Below are positions 1-10,372 of a stretch of DNA of 64,000 nt, one piece after another. The position numbers and the translations under genes were made by a program. The DNA comes from Candidatus Bathyarchaeota archaeon (GTDB lineage Archaea; Thermoproteota; Bathyarchaeia; Bathyarchaeales; Bathycorpusculaceae). The stretch covers positions 383,357 to 447,356 of the forward strand of contig CAWHDT010000001.1 of the NCBI GenBank assembly GCA_963828195.1. The letters are read 5' to 3'. Numbering within the stretch: position 1 is the stretch's first letter; each line of letters starts with the position of its first letter. A model generated the notes under the pieces. It had not been told where the DNA came from. It saw nothing but the letters and a program-made list of their open reading frames with translations, and made no database searches.

Positions 1-2836
1 AACATCTGGCACCTGGACCGTCACAGGTACGTATAAAGAAATTTCGGATTCAGCTACCCTGACGGTTAATAACGGTTCGCCGATCAAAATCGTCATCGGA
101 ACGGCAAATGGCTCAGTTACAGCCGGATCAAACGTAACCTTCACGTGCACTGCAATAGATAGTTGCGGCAATGAATGGGATGTTTCTACTTTAACATCAT
201 GGAGTATAAACAGCTCTGCTCGCGGTACATGGTCTGCCAACATCTACACTTCAGCCACAGCCGGTACCTGGACAGTAACGGGCACGTTCGGAACACTATT
301 CAATACATACTCATTAACAGTCATTCACTCATCGCCCGTCAGCATCATACTCTCCCCTCAAACTTCAACTCTAACAGCCGGCTCTTCAGAAACTTTCACA
401 GCTACTGCCAGCGATAACTACAGTAACAATTGGGACGTTTCTGGCGCCACTGTTTGGAATATATCTTCAGGCGCAAATGGTTTATGGTCTGGCGACGTTT
501 ACACTGCAGCTAAGGCGAATGCATGGATTGTGACCGGCATATTCGACGGGCTATCAGGCACATCGTCCTTAACGGTTACTCATGGGTCTGCGACTTCGAT
601 ACTGGCAAGCCCAAAAACATCAACTATCACGGCGGGGACAACTCAAACTTTTATTACCACAGCATTCGACAACTTTGGAAACAGCTGGGATGCAACATCA
701 TCAGCGACGTTTCAAGTAGACCCACAGGCAAGTGGTTCATTATCCGGCAATATCTATAGCTCCTGTAACGCTGGAACATGGACTGTAAACGCAGAAAGCT
801 TAGGCTTAACTGATACAGCCTCATTAACAGTTACCCATTCATCACCAACCAGCATTGACGTTGATCCGGATTCTGCTTCAATAACCGCAGGTCAAACCCA
901 AAATTACAATGCGACCGCGTCGGATGCCTATGGTAATGTTTGGGATGTTACGAGCTTAACCGCATGGAATGTGAATTCTAGCGCGGGTGGCAGTTGGTCT
1001 AACAATATTTATACATCTGCTCTTTCAGGAAGCTGGGCTGTCACTGGTACCTACGACAATCTTTCCGATTATGCCTCCTTAACCGTAAATCATGCTTCAG
1101 CAGTCAGCGTTGCTGTCTCCCCTCACTCGGTAATAATGAATTCAGCCTCCACGGAAGCATTCACCGCTACAGCCTCAGACCAATATGGAAACCAATGGGA
1201 TGTTAGTAATTCGGCAAGCTGGAATGTAAGTTCAGGTGCTGGAGGCTCATGGACCGGTAGCACTTATACTTCCGCCAATGTTGGTAATTGGGCAGTCACG
1301 GCAAAAGTCAGTGGTCTATACGGCACTGCAAACCTAACTGTCAACCATGGAACTGCACTTAAAATCACAATAACTCCAAGCTCAAATTCAATTACTGCAG
1401 GCCAAACCCAAACTTTTACCGCAACTGCATCCGATTCTAACGGCAACAATTGGGACATAACCAACTCTACAACATGGAGCATCGATTCAAACGCTGGTGG
1501 TTCCTGGTTTGGAAACACTTACACTTCGAACAAAGCCGGAACATGGATTGTAACTGGCACATACTCAGGTTCCTCCAGTACTACTTCCTTAACTGTAAAT
1601 GACGGAGCCGCCGTCAGCATCAACGTGGGTCCATCCTCACCTAATGTAATAGCTGGCTTTCCTCAAACCTTTACAGCTACAGCTACCGACTCTTGCGGTA
1701 ACACATGGGACGTAACCAGCTCAACAGTCTGGACTATAGATGACGGCGCAAGCGGCACCTGGACAGGAAACACATGCACCCCCGAATTATCAGGAACATG
1801 GAACGTCACAGGTACCTTCAACGGGGTGTCCAAGTCAGTTTTCCTGACAGTAAATCATAGCACCGTAACAAGCATTCAGATTAACCCTTATGGCGCTTCA
1901 GTTACAGCTGGAACGAATGAGACCTTCACAGCCACAGCATTTGACAGTTTTGGCAATTCTTGGGACGTTACCAGTTCAACAATCTGGGACATTAACTCGG
2001 GCGCTGGTGGCTCTTGGTTTGGCAACGTTTACACCGCAGCTGAAGCAGGAACCTGGAATATTACCGCAGCCGTTGACAACTTGCAATTCACAGCAACAAT
2101 GATAGTCAGTCACGGTTCAACCGCCTCAATTGCCCTATCACCAAAAACGCAAACAATCAACTCAGGTTCCAGCCAAGCGTTCACGGCAACAGCTTACGAT
2201 TCTTGCGGTAACTCTTGGGATGTAACTAACTTAACAATGTGGAACATTGATGCAAATGCTGGTGGATCTTGGTCCAATAACGTTTACACTTGTGGCAAAG
2301 TGGGAAGTTGGACAGTTACAGGAACACTTAACTCCTTATCAGACACAGCAATATTAACCGTCAACCACGGTTCTCTATTTAACATTACAGTAAGCCCCGC
2401 TAACGTTTCAATTACCGCTGGCGCAAACCAAACCTATACCGCCACAGCATCGGATTCTAGCGGAAACACATGGGATGTTACAACCTTAGTAGCTTGGCTT
2501 GCCACTGCGGGGGCTGGAGGTAATTGGACAGGGAACATCTATACATCTTCGAATCCAGGCACTTGGATAATAACAGGCACATTAACAGGTGTATCAGGGG
2601 CAGCCGTATTGGCGGTCAATAGTTCTGCTCAAGCACCGTCGTATTCATGGTTGGATCTCAACCATGACGGCGTCGTCAACATAGCAGACATCCTTTACTT
2701 CCTTAACGCCTACCAAAACTTCGGAAGCAAAGGCATTTGCGACCCAACCTGCGATTTCAACCATGACTGCCAAATAAACTTCGAGGACCTAGTAATCTTC
2801 ATAATGGCTTACATAGCATATCAAGAAACAGCTTAA
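1..2836 (+). CDS. Large secreted/surface protein with tandem ~85-aa Ig-like repeats and a C-terminal dockerin-like domain (5'-truncated by window edge)
   Basis: Frame is open from position 2, upstream of the ORF-track start at 530. Recurring unit 'I.P....(I/V)TAG.TQTFTATA.D..GN.WDVT....W.....AGGSW..N.YT....G.W.VTG'. C-terminus has paired Ca-binding loops DLNHDGVVNIADI / DFNHDCQINFEDL. Confidence 0.85.
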   Translation, partial: TSGTWTVTGTYKEISDSATLTVNNGSPIKIVIGTANGSVTAGSNVTFTCTAIDSCGNEWDVSTLTSWSINSSARGTWSANIYTSATAGTWTVTGTFGTLFNTYSLTVIHSSPVSIILSPQTSTLTAGSSETFTATASDNYSNNWDVSGATVWNISSGANGLWSGDVYTAAKANAWIVTGIFDGLSGTSSLTVTHGSATSILASPKTSTITAGTTQTFITTAFDNFGNSWDATSSATFQVDPQASGSLSGNIYSSCNAGTWTVNAESLGLTDTASLTVTHSSPTSIDVDPDSASITAGQTQNYNATASDAYGNVWDVTSLTAWNVNSSAGGSWSNNIYTSALSGSWAVTGTYDNLSDYASLTVNHASAVSVAVSPHSVIMNSASTEAFTATASDQYGNQWDVSNSASWNVSSGAGGSWTGSTYTSANVGNWAVTAKVSGLYGTANLTVNHGTALKITITPSSNSITAGQTQTFTATASDSNGNNWDITNSTTWSIDSNAGGSWFGNTYTSNKAGTWIVTGTYSGSSSTTSLTVNDGAAVSINVGPSSPNVIAGFPQTFTATATDSCGNTWDVTSSTVWTIDDGASGTWTGNTCTPELSGTWNVTGTFNGVSKSVFLTVNHSTVTSIQINPYGASVTAGTNETFTATAFDSFGNSWDVTSSTIWDINSGAGGSWFGNVYTAAEAGTWNITAAVDNLQFTATMIVSHGSTASIALSPKTQTINSGSSQAFTATAYDSCGNSWDVTNLTMWNIDANAGGSWSNNVYTCGKVGSWTVTGTLNSLSDTAILTVNHGSLFNITVSPANVSITAGANQTYTATASDSSGNTWDVTTLVAWLATAGAGGNWTGNIYTSSNPGTWIITGTLTGVSGAAVLAVNSSAQAPSYSWLDLNHDGVVNIADILYFLNAYQNFGSKGICDPTCDFNHDCQINFEDLVIFIMAYIAYQETA

Positions 2837-3127
2837 ACGAAAACTAATCTCTACTCAAATTCAAATTTGGCGGTCGGATAGTAAAAAATTAACTGGAAAA
2901 ATCAAATGAGCTCAAAATAAGTAACCCAGCCGGCTCTTAAGTCATCAATTGCTTTAATGAAGGAGGAAAAAGAGAAATCAAAAAAAGGATTTTGAATCTA
3001 CTGCTGACCGTCTGGTCCTACTTTATAGTAATTTCGTCGGTTAAGCTTACGCTCGTTGAAGCGAACAATTCAACTTCCACTTCATTAATAGAACTTTTTT
3101 TTAATATTCTATGGCCAGGTATACTAA

Positions 3128-5380
3128 ATGAATAGAGCTACAAGTAACGGTGTAAGTATCATTGTAATTATGCTGATCTCTTTCTTCGGTGCATCTTTCA
3201 TCGCATCAGCACACGCTTCGAATATCGAAAATAATTCTTCACTGATTGGGAGTCTAGAGTCAGTCATTAACTCAGTCAATTACACTAGCGACATAGAGGC
3301 TACATACCAAGGAATGATGGTTGGGAAAACATCAATGCAGCAGTTGATAAACGCTTATAATTCACTGACCACGGCGACTGGATTTGGCGGGAGCGGCGAG
3401 GACGGTTTGCAGTATGCCACAGAAGTTTTGCAGTGGACGCCTATAATGCAAAAGTTAGGTTACGAAAACCAAACCACTATAGAGTGGGCGTTAAACAGCC
3501 AAGTAATGATGAGCGACGGTTTGCCTTATTGCTATAACGACGGCGCGACTGAGGCGTTTCTCGTTTATGACAGGTACCTGATTTTAGCCTACGGTTACGC
3601 GATCCAGTACAATTACGAGTTAAACAAATGGAATTTGACGGAAGCATACAACAGCTTCAAAGCGGGCGTCACTGAAAGCGCGGCGCCCGCACTTTTATGG
3701 TTAGATTCTACTGGTGCACCATTCACGATATCTTATGGACCTAGATATTATGACGAATGCGGTGAAACTATTGACTGCTTCTTAGATTTCTTCAGTTTAG
3801 GTATACCCACGGCACTTAATGACGCGATGGCTACTTGGCTTTGGACAAACAGTAACCTTTGGAGCGGAACAAACTACAACTATGCTTTGAACTGGCCTGG
3901 TTACGAATGCGAAGCAGGAGGTTTCCTGCAGATAGCGCTAAAACTATTGTCTGATAACAGTTCAATGCCTGACACTTCTAACTTGTTATGCGATATTGAA
4001 AATAGGTTTCTTGCAGAACAATTTTCTAGTCCGCAGTGGTTGGACGGTGTAGTTTGTCATATGGCTGCAAACAATCCACAGCTTAGGCTTGAAAACACGG
4101 TTATGGCTTGGGCAGCGATACTTGGAAGCTACGGAGAACTAACCAGCATATATCAAATTGACGTGCAAGACATGCTGATGGGAACCGGCGGAACAGCGAC
4201 GCCGGCGTGGCAGCAGCTTCTGCAAAGCTCTCTCTGTGCGGCTCTAACTTTCCATATTTGCTTGAGCACTCTGACGATTCTGGACCAGGCAACGACTCTA
4301 CAGCTACAGGAGCCGACTTACTGTTCATGCCTAGGGATTGTTCCGCAAACCGCAACCCTCGCTGTGCCTTTAGAGGAAAATTCATACGAGGACATCCAAA
4401 GCCTATTTGACCCTGACCTCTTCAACATAAACTTAACCGCCGACGTCGTCAACGTGTCCTTAGCTACAGCGGGAACTTTAGATTTTCAATTCAACCAGAC
4501 AGTTAAGTGCAGCTTCAGCAGCCCAGGAGTCTACAGTGTTCAGTTCTCGCCTGATTGGAACACTATATTGAATATTACTTTCCTATCAGCACTGCCATCG
4601 AACAGAGTGTTCATGTACTCTGCGATGCAACTAGCACTCCAGGCAAATTACGTAATTATTTCTTCTACTGATCCTAACTCACTTATCAGTCCCTCAGGTA
4701 ATGTTACGGTGAATGCAAACTCTTCGCAAACATTCACGTATTCAGCAAATGCTGGTTGCACTTTAGCAAGTGTTCTCGTGGATGGCTCTTCAGTTCCAAT
4801 AACCGGCAGCTACACTTTCAACAATGTTCAAACAAACCACACAATTTCCGTAACAAGCACTGTAAACGGCGCATTGAATCCAATTCAAATAACTAACATG
4901 CAACTCCCACCTATAGCAACACAAACAGGATTCATGATGCCAATTAATGTAACATTAACTAATCCAGACTCATTATCTGAAACTGGCAATATTCAATTAT
5001 CTGCCAATTCAATCTTATTATTTAGCACTAATGTTACACTGAATGCTTTACAAACTGAAACAATTCCATGCTACTTTAATACAAGCCTCTTAGCTGTTGG
5101 AAACTACACTTGTTCAGTCAAGTTAAATACGACAAGCCTATCTGCGCAAAGCACAGAAGCCGCAGCGGTGCAAATTGGAGTAACTTATCCAGGCGACTTG
5201 AACGGAGACTTCAAGGTTGATTTCAACGACCTAATTATTTTTGTCTCTGGCTACATTGTTTTTAACACCAATGGTGTCTATACTCCTGCAGTAGATTATA
5301 ACCAGGATGGCAGAATTAACTTCAACGACCTGAAGCTTTTTGTGCAGTATTACATAACACGCTCCGTAAACAGATCATAA
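3128..5380 (+). CDS. Secreted multidomain protein: putative alpha/alpha-toroid glycoside-hydrolase-like N-domain, InlB-B/CARDB-like Ig domains, C-terminal dockerin-like domain
   Basis: Signal peptide ending ASAHA; Trp/Tyr/Glu-rich N-half (RYYDE, YECEAGGF); 'ISPSG.VTV..NSSQTFTYSANAG' repeat-type domain; DLNGDFKVDFNDL / DYNQDGRINFNDL. A compensated frameshift at ~4235-4330 is likely. Confidence 0.7.
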   Translation: MNRATSNGVSIIVIMLISFFGASFIASAHASNIENNSSLIGSLESVINSVNYTSDIEATYQGMMVGKTSMQQLINAYNSLTTATGFGGSGEDGLQYATEVLQWTPIMQKLGYENQTTIEWALNSQVMMSDGLPYCYNDGATEAFLVYDRYLILAYGYAIQYNYELNKWNLTEAYNSFKAGVTESAAPALLWLDSTGAPFTISYGPRYYDECGETIDCFLDFFSLGIPTALNDAMATWLWTNSNLWSGTNYNYALNWPGYECEAGGFLQIALKLLSDNSSMPDTSNLLCDIENRFLAEQFSSPQWLDGVVCHMAANNPQLRLENTVMAWAAILGSYGELTSIYQIDVQDMLMGTGGTATPAWQQLLQSSLCAALTFHICLSTLTILDQATTLQLQEPTYCSCLGIVPQTATLAVPLEENSYEDIQSLFDPDLFNINLTADVVNVSLATAGTLDFQFNQTVKCSFSSPGVYSVQFSPDWNTILNITFLSALPSNRVFMYSAMQLALQANYVIISSTDPNSLISPSGNVTVNANSSQTFTYSANAGCTLASVLVDGSSVPITGSYTFNNVQTNHTISVTSTVNGALNPIQITNMQLPPIATQTGFMMPINVTLTNPDSLSETGNIQLSANSILLFSTNVTLNALQTETIPCYFNTSLLAVGNYTCSVKLNTTSLSAQSTEAAAVQIGVTYPGDLNGDFKVDFNDLIIFVSGYIVFNTNGVYTPAVDYNQDGRINFNDLKLFVQYYITRSVNRS

Positions 5381-5480
5381 CAACCCATATCCCGCGACGT
5401 CGAGGTCGTCACCGCAAATTGATAGTCTTGATCAAATTGATTTTCAAAAATGAACCCTTATCTGCTTCGAAGATCGCTCA

Positions 5481-6044
5481 TTAGCTAGATGATAATTTAA
5501 CGTTGATTACTTTCTCAGGGACTGTTTGTGAGTCAAACTTTAATAAAATAAAATAAAACAAAATTCCATTTAAGATTAACCCTGTAATTGACGCGGGTGA
5601 ACCCATTATTCCGGAAAGGAGAAATTGAATAAATTGGAAGCAAGCGGCTAAGGCAAATATCATCAATGCGGCTAAGCGGGCAAAGTTGTGCCTGACCCAA
5701 AGCCCTAAGCCTACGAGAAGAAGGTCTAATCCAATAAACCATGAAATTAATCCAATAATTGAAACACTTGTATTAGTAAGACTGCCCATGCCAAAGGGAA
5801 CCCCGGGTACCCAACTTATGGCTGATGCAACTGAGTTGATTGCTGAGCTTGTTTGTTGAACCTGATTTGCATCAGTTATCATTAAGTAAAGTCCACCGAC
5901 GATTAAAACCACCCCAAATGTGATAACTAATTTGGTAACCAGATCCGTGATAAAGCTGAAATTTGATAAATATTTTCTAACTTTATTTATTGAATCAGTA
6001 ATTGGAAAAAAATAATTGTTTAATTCTTTCTGCATTTCTTTCAC
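5481..6044 (-). CDS. Hypothetical membrane protein (~4 TM)
   Basis: Four hydrophobic segments; overlaps the stop of the PhoU-like gene by 4 bp. Confidence 0.7.
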   Translation of the reverse strand: MKEMQKELNNYFFPITDSINKVRKYLSNFSFITDLVTKLVITFGVVLIVGGLYLMITDANQVQQTSSAINSVASAISWVPGVPFGMGSLTNTSVSIIGLISWFIGLDLLLVGLGLWVRHNFARLAALMIFALAACFQFIQFLLSGIMGSPASITGLILNGILFYFILLKFDSQTVPEKVINVKLSSS

Positions 6045-7096
6045 ACAAGTATTGAATCCACAGTCAAGTTAAGTACAATTTCGGCGATGTCACAAGCGTA
6101 CTCAGCAGTTCTCCTGATGCTTTCAATGATTAAACGTGAAGTGGCACCGTCTTCAGGGTCCATTTGCGATGATTCAACCGCTTCTTTTTCTAAGGCGGCA
6201 ATTCCTTTAATACTCTCTACAATATTTTCAGCTGAGTTGTAGTCTTGCTTAAAAAGTGATTCCATCGCGGTATCAAACATTTTAATGGCAACACAGCTCA
6301 TGTTCCCAATTTTTTCTAAGGTGACATTATTCAAATTGTGTTTGAGTGCTAACACGTTCTCGGCAATATTGACAGCGTGGTCAGCGGTTCGTTCCACCGA
6401 CTTAATTACCAGACGGTAACCTAAGCAGTCTTTGCCACTTGAAAGACCAATTTCCTTGGTTATTCGCGGGTTCTGTATCGCTGCTCTCAACAATCTAGTA
6501 ACGTAAAGATTAAATCGATCCACCTCATTGTCAGTTGACATTACCTCTTTTGCCAACAATTTGTCGCCTGCTGTAAGACCAAGTATTGCATCTTTATGCA
6601 TTGACGTTGTGATAATGCTCATCCTTCTCAAAGCACTTTGAATAGTCAATTCGGGGTAGCTTAAAAGAACTTGCAATATTAATTGGGAGGACGTGTCAGT
6701 CACGATTTCAGTTCCAACAAGCATCCTCCGAACAAAACCCTTCATATCGTGCCTTTGCCTTGTAGATAACTGTTGTTTTTCAGATTTAACGTGGATTGAA
6801 TTATACCCAGCTAAATAAGCGGAAACGATCTTTCTTATGATCATGTCAGTTTCATCATCTGCAGAAACTATAATCACCGCTTCGTCCAGCCTTCGCTGCA
6901 CTGCAGGATTCGGAGGAACAATTGTTAACAACCCCCCATCTTCTGCACGGAGTTTAATAAAACTCCCCTTTTTTAATTGATTTTCAACAATCCACCTTTT
7001 GGGTAGCGATATAATGTACGTAGACCCCCCAGTAAATTGCACTTTTCTAGTTTCTTCGTCAAATTTTGCCTGCCACAAACTCAACCCTTCTCCCAA
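6041..7096 (-). CDS. phoU: Archaeal phosphate uptake regulator, AbrB-PhoU family
   Basis: N-terminal 'RKVQFTGGSTYIISLPKRW' AbrB motif; PhoU repeats (DNEVDR, ERTADHAVNIAE, RRTAEYACDIAE). Confidence 0.92.
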   Translation of the reverse strand: MGEGLSLWQAKFDEETRKVQFTGGSTYIISLPKRWIVENQLKKGSFIKLRAEDGGLLTIVPPNPAVQRRLDEAVIIVSADDETDMIIRKIVSAYLAGYNSIHVKSEKQQLSTRQRHDMKGFVRRMLVGTEIVTDTSSQLILQVLLSYPELTIQSALRRMSIITTSMHKDAILGLTAGDKLLAKEVMSTDNEVDRFNLYVTRLLRAAIQNPRITKEIGLSSGKDCLGYRLVIKSVERTADHAVNIAENVLALKHNLNNVTLEKIGNMSCVAIKMFDTAMESLFKQDYNSAENIVESIKGIAALEKEAVESSQMDPEDGATSRLIIESIRRTAEYACDIAEIVLNLTVDSILV

Positions 7097-7320
7097 TGAC
7101 CGCTAGCTTCTATATGTTGCCCTATTGAGCAACGTAATAAATCCCTTGTCTAAAGAGATTATATATAAAATCATAGTTTATGACGGCTATTTAGGAAACC
7201 AATATAACCCAAAGTTCCCACACATCCACAAAGACGGCATAGGAGAAATCACCATCTTTGCTTACGACACTATTCTACAAAACTCCACAAAAAATAATTA
7301 CCAGACCGTAGGGGAAAAAT

Positions 7321-8073
7321 TTGGGAAAAGTTGAAACCCGAAAGTTTAATCTCTGGTTTAAAAGTAATCACGTACTAAAAGATGTAGATTTCAAAGTTCA
7401 AGAAAGAGCCGTTACCGCCATTATGGGTCCTTCTGGATGTGGTAAATCAACACTTTTAAGGTCAATTAATCGAATGAATGATCTCATTATTGGTTGCCGC
7501 ACGCAAGGAGAGATAATATTTGATGGACAAAACGTCTATGCCGATGGCAGCAACGTTTATGATTTGAGGCGTAGAATAGGAATGGTTTTTCAAAAGCCTA
7601 ATCCTTTTCCCAAGTCCATATTCGAAAATGTTGCTTTCGGTCCACATATTCATAATACCGCGAAGGGTGAAAAGCTCAACGAGGTTGTTGAAAAAAGTCT
7701 TAGAGGCGCGGCGTTATGGGACGAAGTGAAAGATCGCTTAAATGAAAGCGCTCTTTCCCTTTCAGGAGGCCAACAACAAAGGCTTTGCATAGCACGCGCT
7801 TTGGCGGTAGAACCTGAACTGATTCTGATGGATGAACCCTGCAGCGCTTTAGATCCGGCTGCAACATCTCGCATCGAATCTCTAGTTAGAGTTCTCAAAG
7901 AGAAATACACAGTCATTATTGTTACTCACAACCTGCAACAAGCAATGAGGGTTTCGGAATATACTGCTTTCATGTATGTAGGTGAACTAGTAGAGTTTAA
8001 TGACACCAAAACTCTTTTTGAGAAGCCAAGAAGTGAGTTAACTGCAAATTACATAGGTGGCAAATTCGGATAA
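7321..8073 (+). CDS. pstB: Phosphate ABC transporter ATP-binding protein
   Basis: GPSGCGKST, '[22 protein letters not shown]', [26 protein letters not shown]. Confidence 0.96.
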   Translation: MGKVETRKFNLWFKSNHVLKDVDFKVQERAVTAIMGPSGCGKSTLLRSINRMNDLIIGCRTQGEIIFDGQNVYADGSNVYDLRRRIGMVFQKPNPFPKSIFENVAFGPHIHNTAKGEKLNEVVEKSLRGAALWDEVKDRLNESALSLSGGQQQRLCIARALAVEPELILMDEPCSALDPAATSRIESLVRVLKEKYTVIIVTHNLQQAMRVSEYTAFMYVGELVEFNDTKTLFEKPRSELTANYIGGKFG

Positions 8074-8145
8074 TCTGCACCATTAACTGATTCGCTGAAA
8101 ATTTTTTGGAATTACTAAAAATAGCTGGAAAACATTGGTATTTTT

Positions 8146-9003
8146 TCAGCTATTTTTAGCTAACCTATTTTTTCTTCTGTTCAGAAATACGAGTGACAAT
8201 ATGATTACGCCCAAGACAGCGATTATTGCTACAATAACCAAATAGTTTCCAAGAGGTTTTCCAATTGACGAAGCAGAATTAGAAGGCGTTATTGTAGATG
8301 TTGGAGTTGGCGCAGGTGTTGTGCTTGGCGCAGGCGTTGTGGTTGCTGTAGACGAAATTATGTTGCTGCTATTTGGAACGAACAAGGGTTGTATAGTGCA
8401 GCTGTTTGTGGCAACATTGTATGCAAGCGGGTTATCACTGAAAGCATTGGGTACTGATGCAGAAACAATCCAATAGAGAAATCTGAAGCCATTATCGGGG
8501 TTGGCTGTGAAGTTAACAATTGTACCAATATTATACGTTAGTGTTCCTGCGGCTGGGGTTGTTGTTCCACCTACTGAAGTCAAAATGTTGACAGTTGCTG
8601 ATCCAGTTTGACTATATGTGGAGGATGTGGCGTTGCTAGTTGGGATGAACATTGCCTGTATAGTGATGCTGTTTGTTGTTATGTTGTATACGAGTGGGTT
8701 AATAGTGTATGTGTAAGCACCCGATGCAGAGGAAACTATCCAATAAAGGAGCTCAAAATCCCCCGTAGGGGTCGCTGTAAAGGTGGCATTATTGTCGATT
8801 GAATAATTAGTATAGTTTCCTGCTGCTGGAGTTGTTGTTCCGCCTATTGAGGTCAAGAGTTCGATAGTGGTCATGCTGTTTGGTGTGGACGTTGGTTTTG
8901 ACGAGGGAATTGGCGAAGATGATGCTGAAGTAGGATTGGCAAATGCAGCAAAAGAAGCTAAAGTCAAGACCACAAGAATTACAAAAGCTATAGTTTTTTT
9001 CAA
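8146..9003 (-). CDS. Membrane-anchored surface protein with two InlB-B-repeat-like domains and a Thr/Pro linker
   Basis: Signal peptide; duplicated 'LTS.GGTTTPAAG...FTA.P...F..LYWIV...NPL.YN......IQ..F.P'; C-terminal TM plus basic tail. Confidence 0.8.
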   Translation of the reverse strand: MKKTIAFVILVVLTLASFAAFANPTSASSSPIPSSKPTSTPNSMTTIELLTSIGGTTTPAAGNYTNYSIDNNATFTATPTGDFELLYWIVSSASGAYTYTINPLVYNITTNSITIQAMFIPTSNATSSTYSQTGSATVNILTSVGGTTTPAAGTLTYNIGTIVNFTANPDNGFRFLYWIVSASVPNAFSDNPLAYNVATNSCTIQPLFVPNSSNIISSTATTTPAPSTTPAPTPTSTITPSNSASSIGKPLGNYLVIVAIIAVLGVIILSLVFLNRRKNRLAKNS

Positions 9004-9494
9004 GGTTAACCCCTGATAGCTATTCAGTCAAACTTTTTAACTTTTGCGCGTAGGTAGTTATTAGATCCGCTAACTAAGAGAATAAATACAATTAATGAGG
9101 ATGCTGTTTTCCTGTACATCAACCTTTTCTCCTTCTCAAACAAGCAAATTAAACTACAAGAAATCTGTATTTAATACTTTTCGCCATAGAAAACGATGAA
9201 TAGGCATTAACTACACGTTCTATCTAGATGTTAGGGCGAATTCACGCCTAAAAAACGGCTAAAAGAGAACTGAAAAATCAAGATCCGGCTCTAAAGAAGT
9301 ACTAAACAGAAGAATTAGAAAAAAACTAACAATAAACTATCATTTACGTCAGACATAAGCAGAAATGGAAACTACAAAAATAACTAAAAATTTACGTTCC
9401 TCCTTCGCGTAAGAGCGTGCCTTATTTTTATGTGTGCCTATTTTTTTGGGGAAGAACTTTTTGGTTTTGGTTTCTTAAAGAAAGCCGATGTAAG

Positions 9495-9750
9495 AATGGG
9501 GTTGGTGGGGGTGGGTGGTTATTTCTCCGGAACCAGCCACTGTTTTCTCTAGAGTGTCTCAGCTTTCTTATTTTGCCTTTAAAAAGCCTAAATTGCCTTG
9601 GGGACCATTCGTTAGCAAGGTGCAGAGGTGCAAGCAGATTTCATGGCAAGTTAAGGGTGACCCGCGCCTTGCCAACGTTGATCCGCCAAGGCTACTGAAC
9701 CAGTGGTGAAGGTAGCTGCCTTATCGACAATCTTATATTGGAAGACACAG
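9495..9750. ncRNA. Candidate structured non-coding RNA (unassigned)
   Basis: GC-richer segment in AT-rich intergenic DNA with nested stems: GCCTTGG(9595)/CCAAGGC(9686), GGCAAG/CTTGCC enclosing GGGTGACCC, and GCTAC/GTAGC. No convincing ORF. Confidence 0.35.
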
Positions 9751-9950
9751 AAAATAAGAGTTGTACCAATATTCTATTTAGAACCTATACACTCGAAAAT
9801 CAAGAATGGTTGGATTTTGGTTAAAGCCAAACTTGTCTGAAAAGAGAATTTGCTACAATGTTGGCGTTTATGAAGCCGTAAGTATCCATATATAGATTAT
9901 GACGTATACGTCTAAAAAGCTCTTTAAAATTGTTTTAGCTGGCAATAAGC

Positions 9951-10115
9951 ATGATGTCAATAGATTGCGATGACTGCGGGTTCCTGAAGGATTGTAGCAA
10001 GCGCCAGCAGAAAATGGTTAAAGGCAAGAAAACATGCTGCACCCGAGAAGGCGTTCTTCCAACAGACGATGATTCCGTTTCATCCGCCGACTCTTCTGAA
10101 AACATACGGGGATGA
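9951..10115 (+). CDS. Cys-rich microprotein (54 aa), below ORF cutoff
   Basis: MMSIDCDDCGFLKDCSKRQQKMVKGKKTCCTREG...; AT-rich TTTAAAA box upstream. Confidence 0.55.
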   Translation: MMSIDCDDCGFLKDCSKRQQKMVKGKKTCCTREGVLPTDDDSVSSADSSENIRG

Positions 10116-10121
10116 AGTGAA

Positions 10122-10256
10122 GTGTACAAAACCATAGTTTTAGATTGTCAAGCTAAAGATGTTATTTTTCACTGCGGTGACTGCATCGTTTTTAAGGAAT
10201 GCACCATCACGAAAAGCACGGAAAGTTTACTGATTCAGAAAAAGCCGACAAGATAG
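10122..10256 (+). CDS. Cys-rich microprotein (44 aa), below ORF cutoff
   Basis: GTG start 6 nt after the previous stop; (M)YKTIVLDCQAKDVIFHCGDCIVFKECTITK...; shares CxDCxxxKxC with its neighbour. Confidence 0.5.
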   Translation: MYKTIVLDCQAKDVIFHCGDCIVFKECTITKSTESLLIQKKPTR

Positions 10257-10372
10257 AAATCCATAGACGCGTCAAATAATCTTCTCTAGCAAACATTTGT
10301 TCTTGCTTAAAAAAATAAAGAATCTATAGAGTTTATTTTCAAAAGTCTTATTTGGAACTTAACTCATATTGA

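Noticed and set aside
1-2620. Periodic ~255-bp DNA similarity resembling a repeat array or CRISPR
   Set aside because: Fully explained by protein Ig-like repeats; no identical repeats with spacers. No CRISPR array is seen anywhere in the window.
7125-7320. Possible pstA/pstC remnant upstream of the orphan pstB
   Set aside because: No hydrophobic or EAA-motif remnant; looks like a divergent promoter region.
9417-9709. ORFs 9417..9698 and 9515..9709
   Set aside because: No SD, atypical composition and no motifs; the region is better explained as structured non-coding DNA.
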